A program made the position numbers and the translations under genes. From the IMG/VR virus record IMGVR_UViG_3300029220_000012: a DNA stretch of 45,172 bases; one strand, 5' to 3'. Below, piece after piece: positions 32,590-42,355 of the stretch; positions within the stretch are counted from its first letter, which is position 1; each line of letters begins with the position of its first letter. This stretch comes from a virus. Below the pieces are notes generated by a model that did not search any database, was not told the DNA's origin, and saw nothing but the letters and a program-made list of their open reading frames with translations.

Positions 32590-32918
32590 GCTATTATGAA
32601 ATACCATTAACTACCACGCCTTTTGATCAGAAGACCTTTAAGCTGACGCTGGATGGCGAGCGCAACATCAATATTCTGCTTAAGTTACGCTATTATGATT
32701 TGTATGAGTTATGGGTGGCTGATGTCTGCGACAATAGCACAGGCGAAGAGTTGATTACAGGCATGCCATTGGTGCCTGGTATTGATTTGCTGGGGCAGTA
32801 CGCGTACTTAAACATTGGCAGTGCCCAAATCGTAGCTGTTGGTCCTACCACGCAGGAGCAGCCTGATAATGAGACACTAGGCTCAGCCTGGGTGCTCCTG
32901 TGGGGTGATGGCTCATGA
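32586..32918 (+). CDS. Tail/baseplate protein (small)
   Basis: ATG 32586 lies 8 nt after GGAGGTG, with an ATGA overlap. Confidence 0.55.
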   Translation: MSYYEIPLTTTPFDQKTFKLTLDGERNINILLKLRYYDLYELWVADVCDNSTGEELITGMPLVPGIDLLGQYAYLNIGSAQIVAVGPTTQEQPDNETLGSAWVLLWGDGS

Positions 32919-33907
32919 GTAGTTATCTGTGGATGAGAAAGTGGAAAATCCTTGTTGTGGATGATCAGGACAAGGAGGCCCTGAATGTTTCTGACCTGCA
33001 TGTGAAGTTTACGGTCAAAAAATCTCGTGAAATAAATAATTACTCCACCGTGGAAATTTACAATCTTACTGCTGCAACAGAGCAGAAAATCCTTAAGGAA
33101 GGTGACCGCATCATTATTGAGGCCGGTTATGAAGGCTACTTGACTACATCTGCAGATGGCTCCGTTCAGGAAGCGAAGAATCCTGAAGGGCATACACAGG
33201 AGAAACAATACGGAGTTATCTTTGACGGAAAAATTATTTATCCGTCCCGCCGCAAGGAAAATAATACGGACTACGTGCTGTCGCTCTTATGCGTAGACGG
33301 AGCTAATGTCCTTGGGAAAAATTTTATTGCCAAAACCTTAAACAAGGGTGTTAATCAACGTCAGATTTTGGATGCGGTCTGTGAAAAGTCAAAAACCAAA
33401 ATACCTACGAATAGTATCACGCAGGGCCTGTCCGGGCAAAAGCTGCCGCGGGGTAAGGTTATTTTTGGCGAACCCAAAGATTATATATCCGATATTGCCC
33501 GCGGCAACGGGGCCAGTTATTGGGTGAATGATGGCAAGCTGAACATGATAAAGCTTGCCGACGCTGCCAAGGATGAAGCCATCGTGCAAACGCCTACGAC
33601 CGGTCTTGTCGGGATGCCGACGCAGACGCAGTATGGCGCAAATTTTAAGCTGCTGCTGAATCCTGCTGTACAGATGTGGTCCTTGGTGCAGCTTAAAAAT
33701 AGCGAGATTGCGGAAGCGCAGGTTACTTCAGGTCAGGCGCAGATGCCGCTTGATGAAGAGTGGATCTATCAAGTTATTGAGCTGACGCACACAGGTGATA
33801 CGACAGGTAATGATTGGTATACATCATGTACGGCTGTATCGCGCTATGGTAAGGGCGTTCTGCCTGCTCTCATGGCCAACAATGCGCAGAATCCGAACGG
33901 AGTGTGA
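32915..33907 (+). CDS. Baseplate hub protein (late-control-D/XkdQ-like)
   Basis: 330 aa. Position upstream of the spike and PAAR genes. Resemblance from memory. Confidence 0.55.
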   Translation: MSSYLWMRKWKILVVDDQDKEALNVSDLHVKFTVKKSREINNYSTVEIYNLTAATEQKILKEGDRIIIEAGYEGYLTTSADGSVQEAKNPEGHTQEKQYGVIFDGKIIYPSRRKENNTDYVLSLLCVDGANVLGKNFIAKTLNKGVNQRQILDAVCEKSKTKIPTNSITQGLSGQKLPRGKVIFGEPKDYISDIARGNGASYWVNDGKLNMIKLADAAKDEAIVQTPTTGLVGMPTQTQYGANFKLLLNPAVQMWSLVQLKNSEIAEAQVTSGQAQMPLDEEWIYQVIELTHTGDTTGNDWYTSCTAVSRYGKGVLPALMANNAQNPNGV

Positions 33908-33911
33908 TTTT

Positions 33912-34460
33912 ATGATTGATTTAAATTTGCGTACGCCGAACGTCGAACGTCAGGGCGAACTTGACGCTCGTGCCGCTGCAATCAAGACGCGCGTGTGCAT
34001 GCCTGGCATTATCCAAAGCTTTGACGCGGCCGCTCAGACTGTTACTGTGCAGCCAGCATTGCGAGAAAAAATGCTTGCAGACGGTGATGAATCATGGATA
34101 GATATTCCTTTGCTGGTCGACGTGCCTATTGTCGTGCCACGCGCCGGAGGTTATGCGCTGACGCTGCCGATACAGGCAGGTGATGAGTGTTTGGTGGTCT
34201 TTGGCGATATGTGCATGGATGGCTGGTGGCAGAGCGGCGGCGTGCAGAACCAAGTAGAGTGTCGCAGGCATGACCTGTCTGATGGCTTTGCTATTATCGG
34301 CGTGTGGTCGCAGCCTAGAGTAATCCCCGGCTACAGCACAGGCTCTGCTCAGTTGCGTAATGATGCAGGCAGTGCTTACGTAGAGCTTGCCGGAGATACG
34401 ATTAACATCGTAGGCGGTACGGTAAACATTAAAGCAGGGCGGGTGAACATCAATGAGTAG
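33912..34460 (+). CDS. Baseplate central spike (Gp138 N-terminal / gpV-like)
   Basis: OB-fold-like CMPGIIQSFDAAAQTVTVQP...VPIVVPRAGGYALTLPIQAGDECLVVF. ATG 33912, so the track start at 33795 is rejected. Confidence 0.65.
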   Translation: MIDLNLRTPNVERQGELDARAAAIKTRVCMPGIIQSFDAAAQTVTVQPALREKMLADGDESWIDIPLLVDVPIVVPRAGGYALTLPIQAGDECLVVFGDMCMDGWWQSGGVQNQVECRRHDLSDGFAIIGVWSQPRVIPGYSTGSAQLRNDAGSAYVELAGDTINIVGGTVNIKAGRVNINE

Positions 34461-34743
34461 TGCAACACGTTTAGGCGATTTGGATACTGGTCATGATGCC
34501 TGTGCTCCGACAGTTCTTGCGACTGGAAGTCCGAATGTGTTTATTAACGGCCGCGCTGCAGGACGCGTGGGCGATAGCTATGCACCTCATGGCTGCATTA
34601 ACCACCCGACGCATAGCGGCGTCATCGCCAGCGGCAGCAGCTCCGTATACATCAACGGCAAGGCTGCAGGGCGCATTGGTGATCCCGTGAGCTGTGGCGG
34701 CACTGTGGCCGAAGGCAGCAGTAATGTGTTTATTGGAGGCTGA
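34453..34743 (+). CDS. PAAR-repeat spike-tip protein
   Basis: Repeats SPNVFINGRAAGRVGD, SSSVYINGKAAGRIGD and SSNVFIGG. Confidence 0.85.
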   Translation: MSSATRLGDLDTGHDACAPTVLATGSPNVFINGRAAGRVGDSYAPHGCINHPTHSGVIASGSSSVYINGKAAGRIGDPVSCGGTVAEGSSNVFIGG

Positions 34744-34744
34744 T

Positions 34745-35110
34745 ATGCAGGTTAGACGTTTAGACGATAATTGGGATTACTGCTTTGGTCGTGGCTCTCA
34801 AAATTACATCAGCGGCGTTGAAGCTGTCGGGCAGGCGATAAAGCAACGCCTGCTCTTGCTTTATGCTGAATGGTGGGAAGATTTAAAAGATGGGCTGCCG
34901 TTGTGGGAGCAGATTTTAGGCACATCTGGCAATGATGAAAACAGGCAGGCCGTTGACATTATTATCCGTGACCGTATAAGTGGCACGGAAGGCGTGCAGT
35001 CTGTCACGTCTTTTGAATCAAGCTACGAACGCAGACATTATAAATTTACGGCAACTGTAGAGACTATCTATGGCTCGTTGACTATTAGTAGTGAGGAGGT
35101 GCAGATGTGA
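34745..35110 (+). CDS. Baseplate wedge protein (gpW/gp25-like)
   Basis: ATG 34745 after GGAGG. Size and position before the baseplate-J-like gene. Confidence 0.55.
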   Translation: MQVRRLDDNWDYCFGRGSQNYISGVEAVGQAIKQRLLLLYAEWWEDLKDGLPLWEQILGTSGNDENRQAVDIIIRDRISGTEGVQSVTSFESSYERRHYKFTATVETIYGSLTISSEEVQM

Positions 35111-36297
35111 CGTATTTTAAACCTTATGTTGATAGTACGGGACTGCATATCCCTACCTACAACGATATTTTAGAGGATATGATTGCTGCAATGAAGCAAA
35201 TCTATGGCGATGATATCTATCTGGACAACAGCTCGCCTGATTATCAGCTGTTGTCCATTTTTGCTCTCAAGCAAAGCGATACGCTGCAGGCTATGGCGTA
35301 TGCCTACAACGCACGCTCTCCTGAGACTGCTATCGGCACGTCACTTGACAGCGTGGTAAAGCTGAACGGTATTAAGCGTAAGGCTGCCAGTCAGAGCACG
35401 TGTCAGGTAAAAATCACCGGCACGCCATTTACACAAATCGTTAACGGTGCTGTGCGTGACCGCGCTGGCCTGACGTGGGATTTGCCATCTAGCGTGGTTA
35501 TTGACTCTAGCGGAACGACTTACACTGTTGCGACCTGCCGCACGGCCGGAGCTGTGAGCGCTCTGGCTGGCGATATTAGCCAGATTGAAACGCCGACTTA
35601 CGGCTGGGTGTCTGTAACGAATGAAGTTGCTGCTGTGCTGGGTAATGCGCAGGAGACCGATGCGCAGCTGCGTGAACGCCAGACTATCAGCACTGCGAAT
35701 CCGTCGCAGACTATGCTGGACGGAACGAAGGGCGCGATTGCTGCTCTAAAAAATGTTTCCCGCTACGCTGTGTACGAGAACGATACCAACGTTAGCTCTG
35801 TAACGGATGATAATCCGTATGGACTGCCAGCTCACTCCGTGACCTGTGTGGTCGAGGGAGGGACGGATGAGGATGTGGCGGAAGCAATTTTTTTACACAA
35901 GGGCATAGGGTGTTATACCAATGGTGATGTAGTTGTAGAATATACGGATCAGAACGATTATATAAATCGTGTGCGATTTTTCCGCCCTGTCTACAAAGAT
36001 ATTTTTGTTAAGGTCGTAATCAAAAAATATACAGGCTATATATCCACTATGACTGTCAAAGTCCGTGAAGCTGTTTATAATTATCTGGCCGCGTTGACGA
36101 TTGGCAGTGACGTGTCTGCGTCGGTGCTGAGCAACATCATTACTGATTGTAATCCCTCACTCACCAAGCCTATCTTTGGCATTAAAGAACTGAAGCTGGG
36201 GCTTAGCAAATCGTCTATGGCAGCGCAGGACATTGATATCGGCTTTAAGGAAATTCCGAATCCTGCGTATGCGAACATTGAGGTGACACTGGAATGA
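35107..36297 (+). CDS. Baseplate J-like protein
   Basis: 396 aa. GTGA overlap. Position and resemblance to the gpJ/gp47 family. Confidence 0.7.
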   Translation: MTYFKPYVDSTGLHIPTYNDILEDMIAAMKQIYGDDIYLDNSSPDYQLLSIFALKQSDTLQAMAYAYNARSPETAIGTSLDSVVKLNGIKRKAASQSTCQVKITGTPFTQIVNGAVRDRAGLTWDLPSSVVIDSSGTTYTVATCRTAGAVSALAGDISQIETPTYGWVSVTNEVAAVLGNAQETDAQLRERQTISTANPSQTMLDGTKGAIAALKNVSRYAVYENDTNVSSVTDDNPYGLPAHSVTCVVEGGTDEDVAEAIFLHKGIGCYTNGDVVVEYTDQNDYINRVRFFRPVYKDIFVKVVIKKYTGYISTMTVKVREAVYNYLAALTIGSDVSASVLSNIITDCNPSLTKPIFGIKELKLGLSKSSMAAQDIDIGFKEIPNPAYANIEVTLE

Positions 36298-37025
36298 TGC
36301 AGGATCTTGATTATTATAAGCGCCTGGTTACGAGCGAATATCGCCACAGCCCACGCTTTACGGCGATGGTACAGAAGCTGCTTAGCTATGGTCTGGGAAT
36401 TGACGACAGCATAAATAATATGATTGTGGCGTTTGAGGTGGACAATGCTAGTACAGCGCAGCTGGATATTTTAGGGCAGATTGTTGGCGTAAGCCGCCAA
36501 CTGAAATTCGAGCCGTCTGCTGCTGCCATTGGTGAGGTTGTTTGTCCATCGCCTGCCGAAATAGCAAGCGGTGAGGTCTATCCGATAATATACACGCCTG
36601 CGCCTGACAAACTGGAAAGCACTCCCATGCTCACAGGTTATCCACCGGCAGAAATGGGCGAGGGTAATCTGCTGGATGACGAAGTTTTCCGGTTGATGAT
36701 TAAGGCCCGCATTATCCAGAATACCTGGAAAGGCACCATCGGTGAGCTGTACGATTTGTGGGACGCTGTCATGGGCGCTAATAAAAAACTGTCCATTGAG
36801 GACTTGCAGGATATGAGCTACAACATTGTGCTGCAGGGTGACTACACGCAACTTGAGGAAGAACTCATCATCCATGCTTATGTTATCCCAAAGCCGGAAG
36901 GCGTGCGTATCAATGTGCTGACGTTTGTATCGACAGACGGCTTGCCTTTGTTTAGTTATGATTATAATACTATGCGTTACAGTGGCTATGAGAGCCATTG
37001 GGCGGAAGCAGAAAAGGGGAATTGA
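36294..37025 (+). CDS. Baseplate/tail-fibre adaptor protein (gpI/DUF2612-like)
   Basis: ATGA overlap with the J-like gene. Position only. Confidence 0.55.
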   Translation: MMQDLDYYKRLVTSEYRHSPRFTAMVQKLLSYGLGIDDSINNMIVAFEVDNASTAQLDILGQIVGVSRQLKFEPSAAAIGEVVCPSPAEIASGEVYPIIYTPAPDKLESTPMLTGYPPAEMGEGNLLDDEVFRLMIKARIIQNTWKGTIGELYDLWDAVMGANKKLSIEDLQDMSYNIVLQGDYTQLEEELIIHAYVIPKPEGVRINVLTFVSTDGLPLFSYDYNTMRYSGYESHWAEAEKGN

Positions 37026-37028
37026 TAA

Positions 37029-37835
37029 ATGGCTAGTAGTAATTTTAAGGTTTTCGCGGAATCTGTGGCAGCGCTGAATGTTGTGAGCGACGCTGAATAT
37101 GCCACTGACACGCAGCGCATTAACGGCGTTGTGCCCGGTCTTGCTTCGGCTGCGTTGCACAACAAATTATACAAGCAGGCCACGATTATGGCGGCTGCGC
37201 TGGCACAGGTGCTCGTGGAGCAGGGGCAGGACGCTTTGGATAGCGATTACGCTGCGCTTGTGGCGTCGCTTAAAAAATCGCTGGTGCTGTCATTGAATGG
37301 TGAGAAGCCAGATAGAAACGGCAATATCCAGAAAAATTTTGTCTATAGCGTTGAGGGCAAAAAGCCTGACAGCAAGGGAAATGTTGCTCTGGATATTGAT
37401 TATCTGAACGCGATGAGTTTTGTTGGCTCCGTGGTCATCACGAAGGAGAACATCAATCCCGGTACGAAGATTGGTGGTACGTGGCAGCTTCTGCAGAGCG
37501 GTCGATATATCCGCACTGCTGGTGATGGTTATGCCGGCGGTGCTTTGGGCGGCAGTGATGGCTTTGTGCTCACGCAGAAGCAACTGCCTGCACATAGCCA
37601 TGAAGCTACAATTTATGGTGCTGGTAATCATAAGCATGACATTTACGTCAGCAATTGGCAAACTCACGGCGGCAGTGGTGGTGCAGGATATCAAGCTCAC
37701 GAACGCCGATGGGGTTCGACTGAAGAGGCTGGCAACCATACGCATCCAATAACCATCAAATCTACCGGCAACGGAGAAAAAGTAACGTTTGAACCGTCTT
37801 ATCTGTGTTTATATTTTTGGCTGCGTACTGCGTGA
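37029..37835 (+). CDS. Tail fibre protein with C-terminal tail-collar domain
   Basis: LTQKQLPAHSHEA...GNHKHD...GNHTHP His-rich collar motif. Confidence 0.75.
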   Translation: MASSNFKVFAESVAALNVVSDAEYATDTQRINGVVPGLASAALHNKLYKQATIMAAALAQVLVEQGQDALDSDYAALVASLKKSLVLSLNGEKPDRNGNIQKNFVYSVEGKKPDSKGNVALDIDYLNAMSFVGSVVITKENINPGTKIGGTWQLLQSGRYIRTAGDGYAGGALGGSDGFVLTQKQLPAHSHEATIYGAGNHKHDIYVSNWQTHGGSGGAGYQAHERRWGSTEEAGNHTHPITIKSTGNGEKVTFEPSYLCLYFWLRTA

Positions 37836-37845
37836 GGTGAAGTAA

Positions 37846-40062
37846 ATGAGTAATGCAAGAATACAGTTTAGCCTGGCAAGTGAGGAAGTGTGGAACGCAT
37901 ATAATCCTTTGCTCAAAGAAGGCGAAATCGTCACTGTCTTAAAGGCTAATAAAAAAGTTAAATTGGTACAGGGCAAGCTCGGCGGCGCAACATACAGTGA
38001 GAGCACTGTGATTTGGGACGAGGATGAGGCGCAGGCTATTATGAGCCGTACAGAGGCTGCTGCTGTCACTGCGACGGCACAGGCAACTGCTGCAAGTGAT
38101 AGTGCGTCAAATGCTGCTGCATCTCAATCTGCCGCTGCAATGTCTGCAACGAATGCTAAGGCAAGCGAGAGTGCTGCTAAAAACAGTGCCACGTCTGCTG
38201 CGTCCTCTGCGTCAACGGCAAGCACGCAGGCGGGCAAAGCTGCTGAAAACGCAAGGTTAGCAGAGGGTTACAAAACAGCAGCAGAAACTGCTAAGAGCAA
38301 TGCGTCCCTTTATGCTGCCAACGCTAAGGCTGATTCTGAAAAGGCAACGGCTAGCAAAGAAGCTGCACAATCTGCTGCTACTACTGCTAGTAACTTTGCA
38401 AACGCTTCAAGAAGTAGTGCAAACGAAGCAAAGACCTACAGGGATAATGCAAAAACCTACATGGACAATGCTAAGAATTATAGTGAGAACGTCAATGTGT
38501 TTACGCCTAGTGTGTCTACTAGTGGTGTCTTATCATGGACTAATAAGGCAGGACTTGCGAACCCTCCCTCTGTGAATATTAAGGGTGAGAAAGGCGACCA
38601 AGGTTTGCAGGGCATACAGGGCGTACAGGGTGTCAAAGGTGATACAGGTGCAAAGGGTGACCGGGGTGCAACAGGTGCTGCTGCTACCATTAGAATCGGT
38701 ACAGTGACAACAGGTGCTTCGGGTAGTGAGGCTGTTGTTACTAATGTTGGTACTGCTAATGATGCTGTGTTTAACTTTACGTTGCCGAGGGGCGAAAAGG
38801 GTGCTGATGGTGGTATTGATATTGATACCGCGCTGTCTGACACTAGCACTAACCCTGTGCAGAATAAGGTTATCAAGGCGGAGCTGGATAAAAAGATGGC
38901 CAAAACCGATAAAATATACGAGGCTAACCTTGCGTGGGGTGGACGTAACATTGCTGATGGTTTTAGTCCTATTGATGCAGCTGTGGCGGCACAGTTAAGT
39001 GCTAATCATTTTATGTTTGGTAAGGTTGAAGGTTTTACGATTGAATACAGTGAGGATGCTGGTGCAACATGGCATGAATATCCTGCGTCTGATACAAAAA
39101 ATAGCTTATTTTCAACAGGAAATTATTATTTTTATGCTGGTGCTGAAAAGAGCCGTCAACCCTCTGTAAATGATATGTTACGAGTTACCATAGACCCTGA
39201 TGCTTTTGGTGTATATACTACTTTAAATAAGTTTATTATTGAAATATCAACAGGTGGAGCGAGTGGCTGTTATTGTACAATCGACGCTTCTTTAGAAAAC
39301 TCTCCAAATACATTTGAGGTGTTTACAGATAGAGCACCGCTTGCTGGTTGGAGTGGTTATAATGTTATTAATACATCACCGATTGAAACTTATAGTAATC
39401 AGCCGACAAGACAATACGGCACTGTTAGGTTCACTTTTGGTTGTACTACTGTTTCCACTAATCCAGACTACAAAGGCCTTGCTCTTCTTCAAATTATGGG
39501 TTTTGGTGGTGCTGGATGGGGGAGTCCTAGTAACATGGCTAAACATGGACACTTGTATGATTTCAATGCTTGGCAGCAAGCTATATTCCCCGATTCCGTT
39601 ACCGCTACTAATTTTATCGGCAAGGTCAACGGCTTTGATGTAAAAGCATCCGTCCCTGCCAATGCTAAATTTATAAACAATGAAGAAAGCAATGTGTGGA
39701 CTGCATTGCAGAATTTCCATGACCTTATGCTTAACCGAGAGAAGTACACTACTTATGTTGTCAATGGTACGTCCGATACACCTATAACCTCTACAATGGT
39801 TTATGCTGTAACAGGTGCATTTACACTTAACCTTGCTACTTTGGCTGGGGTATTAAGTGCTAGTCAATCATCCGTATTTACTGCATATTTTGCTGCATCA
39901 GCAGACTATGCACTGACTATTACTAATGCAGGAACACTTAAATATGTTGGCAGTGCTAGTGACGTAGCTATTACAAGTGCAGGATTGCTCCTTAACATAT
40001 GGATGAGCAAAGATGGCGGTGGTACGCTAACTAGCATTGTACAAGCTAGTAAGTTATCGTAG
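37846..40062 (+). CDS. Long tail fibre protein (Ala/Ser-rich rod, collagen-like triplets, AT-rich distal domain)
   Basis: 738 aa. The rod carries Ala/Ser-rich repeats (e.g. SAAKNSATSAASSASTAS). 11 G-X-Y triplets. Confidence 0.85.
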   Translation: MSNARIQFSLASEEVWNAYNPLLKEGEIVTVLKANKKVKLVQGKLGGATYSESTVIWDEDEAQAIMSRTEAAAVTATAQATAASDSASNAAASQSAAAMSATNAKASESAAKNSATSAASSASTASTQAGKAAENARLAEGYKTAAETAKSNASLYAANAKADSEKATASKEAAQSAATTASNFANASRSSANEAKTYRDNAKTYMDNAKNYSENVNVFTPSVSTSGVLSWTNKAGLANPPSVNIKGEKGDQGLQGIQGVQGVKGDTGAKGDRGATGAAATIRIGTVTTGASGSEAVVTNVGTANDAVFNFTLPRGEKGADGGIDIDTALSDTSTNPVQNKVIKAELDKKMAKTDKIYEANLAWGGRNIADGFSPIDAAVAAQLSANHFMFGKVEGFTIEYSEDAGATWHEYPASDTKNSLFSTGNYYFYAGAEKSRQPSVNDMLRVTIDPDAFGVYTTLNKFIIEISTGGASGCYCTIDASLENSPNTFEVFTDRAPLAGWSGYNVINTSPIETYSNQPTRQYGTVRFTFGCTTVSTNPDYKGLALLQIMGFGGAGWGSPSNMAKHGHLYDFNAWQQAIFPDSVTATNFIGKVNGFDVKASVPANAKFINNEESNVWTALQNFHDLMLNREKYTTYVVNGTSDTPITSTMVYAVTGAFTLNLATLAGVLSASQSSVFTAYFAASADYALTITNAGTLKYVGSASDVAITSAGLLLNIWMSKDGGGTLTSIVQASKLS
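38584..38682 (+). repeat. Collagen-like G-X-Y repeat (11 triplets) inside the fibre gene
   Basis: GEKGDQGLQGIQGVQGVKGDTGAKGDRGATGAA. Confidence 0.9.
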
Positions 40063-40072
40063 AGGTGGTAAT

Positions 40073-40477
40073 ATGGGCTTAAACAGAATGATGATGAAAA
40101 ATGGTGAGGTAAAGGTTGAAGATGGTAGAAAGTATTGGACTTGGAATGACGCAAATAATAAAACAATTTCTTTTACTGTTCCACCGGGGATTAAGAGAAT
40201 CAAAGTAACATCGTCTATTGATGGGGGTGAGGGTGACCCCGATTTATCCAACTATGCTAACATAAAGAATACATCAACCAATAAAGTTTGGGGTGAGGGT
40301 TGGTTTTATACTACCCCTGATGGTGAAGTCGACGATGCCGCAGATATTGATTCCATTGTAGGTGTAACACCCAATAAAACTTATAGATTGCTGTTTAATT
40401 GCTATTATACAAGTGGTGTGACTTTTTCATGGGGTAAAGCAATAAATGCGATGACACCCACAGTTGAAGATTATTAA
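40073..40477 (+). CDS. Hypothetical fibre-associated protein (AT-rich)
   Basis: ATG 40073 after GAGGTGG, so the track start at 40037 is rejected. Confidence 0.6.
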   Translation: MGLNRMMMKNGEVKVEDGRKYWTWNDANNKTISFTVPPGIKRIKVTSSIDGGEGDPDLSNYANIKNTSTNKVWGEGWFYTTPDGEVDDAADIDSIVGVTPNKTYRLLFNCYYTSGVTFSWGKAINAMTPTVEDY

Positions 40478-40493
40478 GCAAGGAGGCTAACGC

Positions 40494-40991
40494 ATGAATA
40501 CAACCTATAAATACAAAGACAAACAATACAATAACATTTACGAGCTTTCGGAAGCCTTAGGGCAGGAAGGTATCTTTATTCCTCTCTCCATCTCCGAAGA
40601 AACCCTTTGCAAGTTGGGTGTCGAAGTGACGCATGAGGAAGAACCGATTGAGTATTTTAAAAATCGCAGAATCGAAATTTTAAAGATGCAACGTGACAAA
40701 GCAGAAGTAGAACCGATTGAATACAAGGGTAATCTCTATGATTACGATGAGAAAGCACGTGATAGAATCAATGCAGCTATCATTGCGCTCGATTTGCAGG
40801 GAGAAGGCGCAAGCCTTGACTGGACTACGGCAGACAATCAAGATGTTAAAGTTACTGCTGACGATTTGCGTATGGTTATCGCCGCTGTTGCTGTGCGTAG
40901 TAATGCTTTGCACACAGCGTATAGAGCCGCCAAGGCGAAGGTTGAAGCTGCAGTTACTGCGGATGAAGTAAGAGCTGTTTGCATGGAATAA
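40494..40991 (+). CDS. Tail-fibre assembly/chaperone-like protein
   Basis: AAGGAGG RBS. Position after the fibre genes. Resembles DUF4376-type proteins from memory. Confidence 0.5.
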   Translation: MNTTYKYKDKQYNNIYELSEALGQEGIFIPLSISEETLCKLGVEVTHEEEPIEYFKNRRIEILKMQRDKAEVEPIEYKGNLYDYDEKARDRINAAIIALDLQGEGASLDWTTADNQDVKVTADDLRMVIAAVAVRSNALHTAYRAAKAKVEAAVTADEVRAVCME

Positions 40992-41006
40992 TTAGGAGGT
41001 TGAGAA

Positions 41007-41516
41007 ATGGATTTTTTAGCTTTGCGCTACGCCGTATATAACGCGGCACACACTTTGACTAATGGTTTTACTTACAAATCAGTTATCGGCGCGATTTTGG
41101 CATTCCTGCTGCACAAACACGCGGTATTGTTTATGGTTTTTACCGCATTGGTATTTTTGGACTGCTTCACTCGCTGGATGTCTTTGAGTTACAAACGTCT
41201 GCAGGGCATGGGGCAGACTCCGTCCGTGACGCAAATTATCGGCGGCATTGAGGCAGCTCGCGCAGAAGGCCTTATCTCCAGCGAAGTCATGAAGCATCGC
41301 TTTGTTGGCAAGATTATCGTTTATATCCTCTGCGTGCTGGCTGCCGTATTGGTAGATTTGGCCATGATCACGCTGCAGCAACCTGTGTGGGCTGTCCCGC
41401 TGGTGGCAGGTTATCTGGTCATCACAGAGTTGCTGTCTATTTGCGAGAACCTCAACGACGCTGGTATTGAGGCAGTTCAAGGTCTTGTTAATGTTATCAA
41501 AAAGAGAAGAGGTTGA
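41007..41516 (+). CDS. Holin
   Basis: Several hydrophobic helices and the ITELLSICENLNDAGIE motif. Immediately upstream of the endolysin. Confidence 0.75.
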   Translation: MDFLALRYAVYNAAHTLTNGFTYKSVIGAILAFLLHKHAVLFMVFTALVFLDCFTRWMSLSYKRLQGMGQTPSVTQIIGGIEAARAEGLISSEVMKHRFVGKIIVYILCVLAAVLVDLAMITLQQPVWAVPLVAGYLVITELLSICENLNDAGIEAVQGLVNVIKKRRG

Positions 41517-41521
41517 TTATT

Positions 41522-41896
41522 ATGACTATGTTATCTGCTCATTTTTCTGAGTCCGAATTTGCTTGCAAACATTGCGGAACGCTGCCGACATATGGCATTA
41601 GCTCTGCATTACTGACCGGTCTGGAACGCTTGCGTGCACGTTTAGGTCGCCCGATAATTATTACTAGCGGCTATCGTTGCCCGGTACACAATGCTGCTGT
41701 TGGTGGCGTTAGTAATTCTCAGCATGTCGCAGGTACCGCCGCTGATATCTACGTCGACGGCGTATCTACGCGTGAGTTGGCCCGCATCTGCAAGCAGATT
41801 TTTGACGGTGTGGGTACTTATGTATCGCAGGGCTTTGTCCATGTCGACATGCGTGCTGGTGGCTCCGTGCCGGGCTATTATCTGTGGGAGGGCTAA
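41522..41896 (+). CDS. Endolysin, peptidase M15 (zinc D-Ala-D-Ala carboxypeptidase-like)
   Basis: SGYRCPVHN...SQHVAGTAADI...FVHVD metal-binding motif. Start at 41513 (TTG), 41522 or 41528. Confidence 0.85.
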   Translation: MTMLSAHFSESEFACKHCGTLPTYGISSALLTGLERLRARLGRPIIITSGYRCPVHNAAVGGVSNSQHVAGTAADIYVDGVSTRELARICKQIFDGVGTYVSQGFVHVDMRAGGSVPGYYLWEG

Positions 41897-41897
41897 G

Positions 41898-42314
41898 ATG
41901 TGGAAAAAATATTTCGCAGTTACTGCAGCTACATTGTGCTTGCTGTTGCCTGCCTCTGCATCGGAGGCATCATCGGCTACAACCTACACAACCTACACGA
42001 TGACGGCGGCGGAAATGTCAGCACTCGACAGCAGGTTGAGTCTGCTGCTGCAGCAAACCAAAGTCACCAGGCAAGCGCTGGCAGAATCACAAGCAGCGCT
42101 GAACGAGTCGAGAGCAGAATTGAGCAAGCTCAAGACGGAATCAATAAAGCTGCAGATAGAGCTGCAAGCTCAGAACAGCTTATTGGAGAGTGCCAACAAA
42201 TCCTTGCAGGCATCCGCCAAAGAGGAAGTATGCACTCGCCGCAGAATTAAAGCGCAGCGCAATGCTGCTATCGTTGCGGCCGTTGGTCTGCTTGCCTATG
42301 CTATTAATAAATGA
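41898..42314 (+). CDS. Spanin-like lysis protein, frame A (signal-like N-terminus, coiled coil, C-terminal TM)
   Basis: GGGAGGG RBS. MWKKYFAVTAATLCLLLPASA..., then Leu/Gln heptads, then AAIVAAVGLLAYAI. Confidence 0.55.
   Translation: MWKKYFAVTAATLCLLLPASASEASSATTYTTYTMTAAEMSALDSRLSLLLQQTKVTRQALAESQAALNESRAELSKLKTESIKLQIELQAQNSLLESANKSLQASAKEEVCTRRRIKAQRNAAIVAAVGLLAYAINK
41900..42250 (+). CDS. Alternative or embedded lysis ORF, frame B (N-terminal TM plus helical domain)
   Basis: GTG 41900. SYCSYIVLAVACLCIGGIIGY, then an Ala/Ser/Gln/Glu-rich region. Almost co-extensive with frame A. Confidence 0.35.
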   Translation: MEKIFRSYCSYIVLAVACLCIGGIIGYNLHNLHDDGGGNVSTRQQVESAAAANQSHQASAGRITSSAERVESRIEQAQDGINKAADRAASSEQLIGECQQILAGIRQRGSMHSPQN

Positions 42315-42355
42315 TGATTGATTGGAAGGTAGTGATATCTTAGGAGGTCTTGTGT

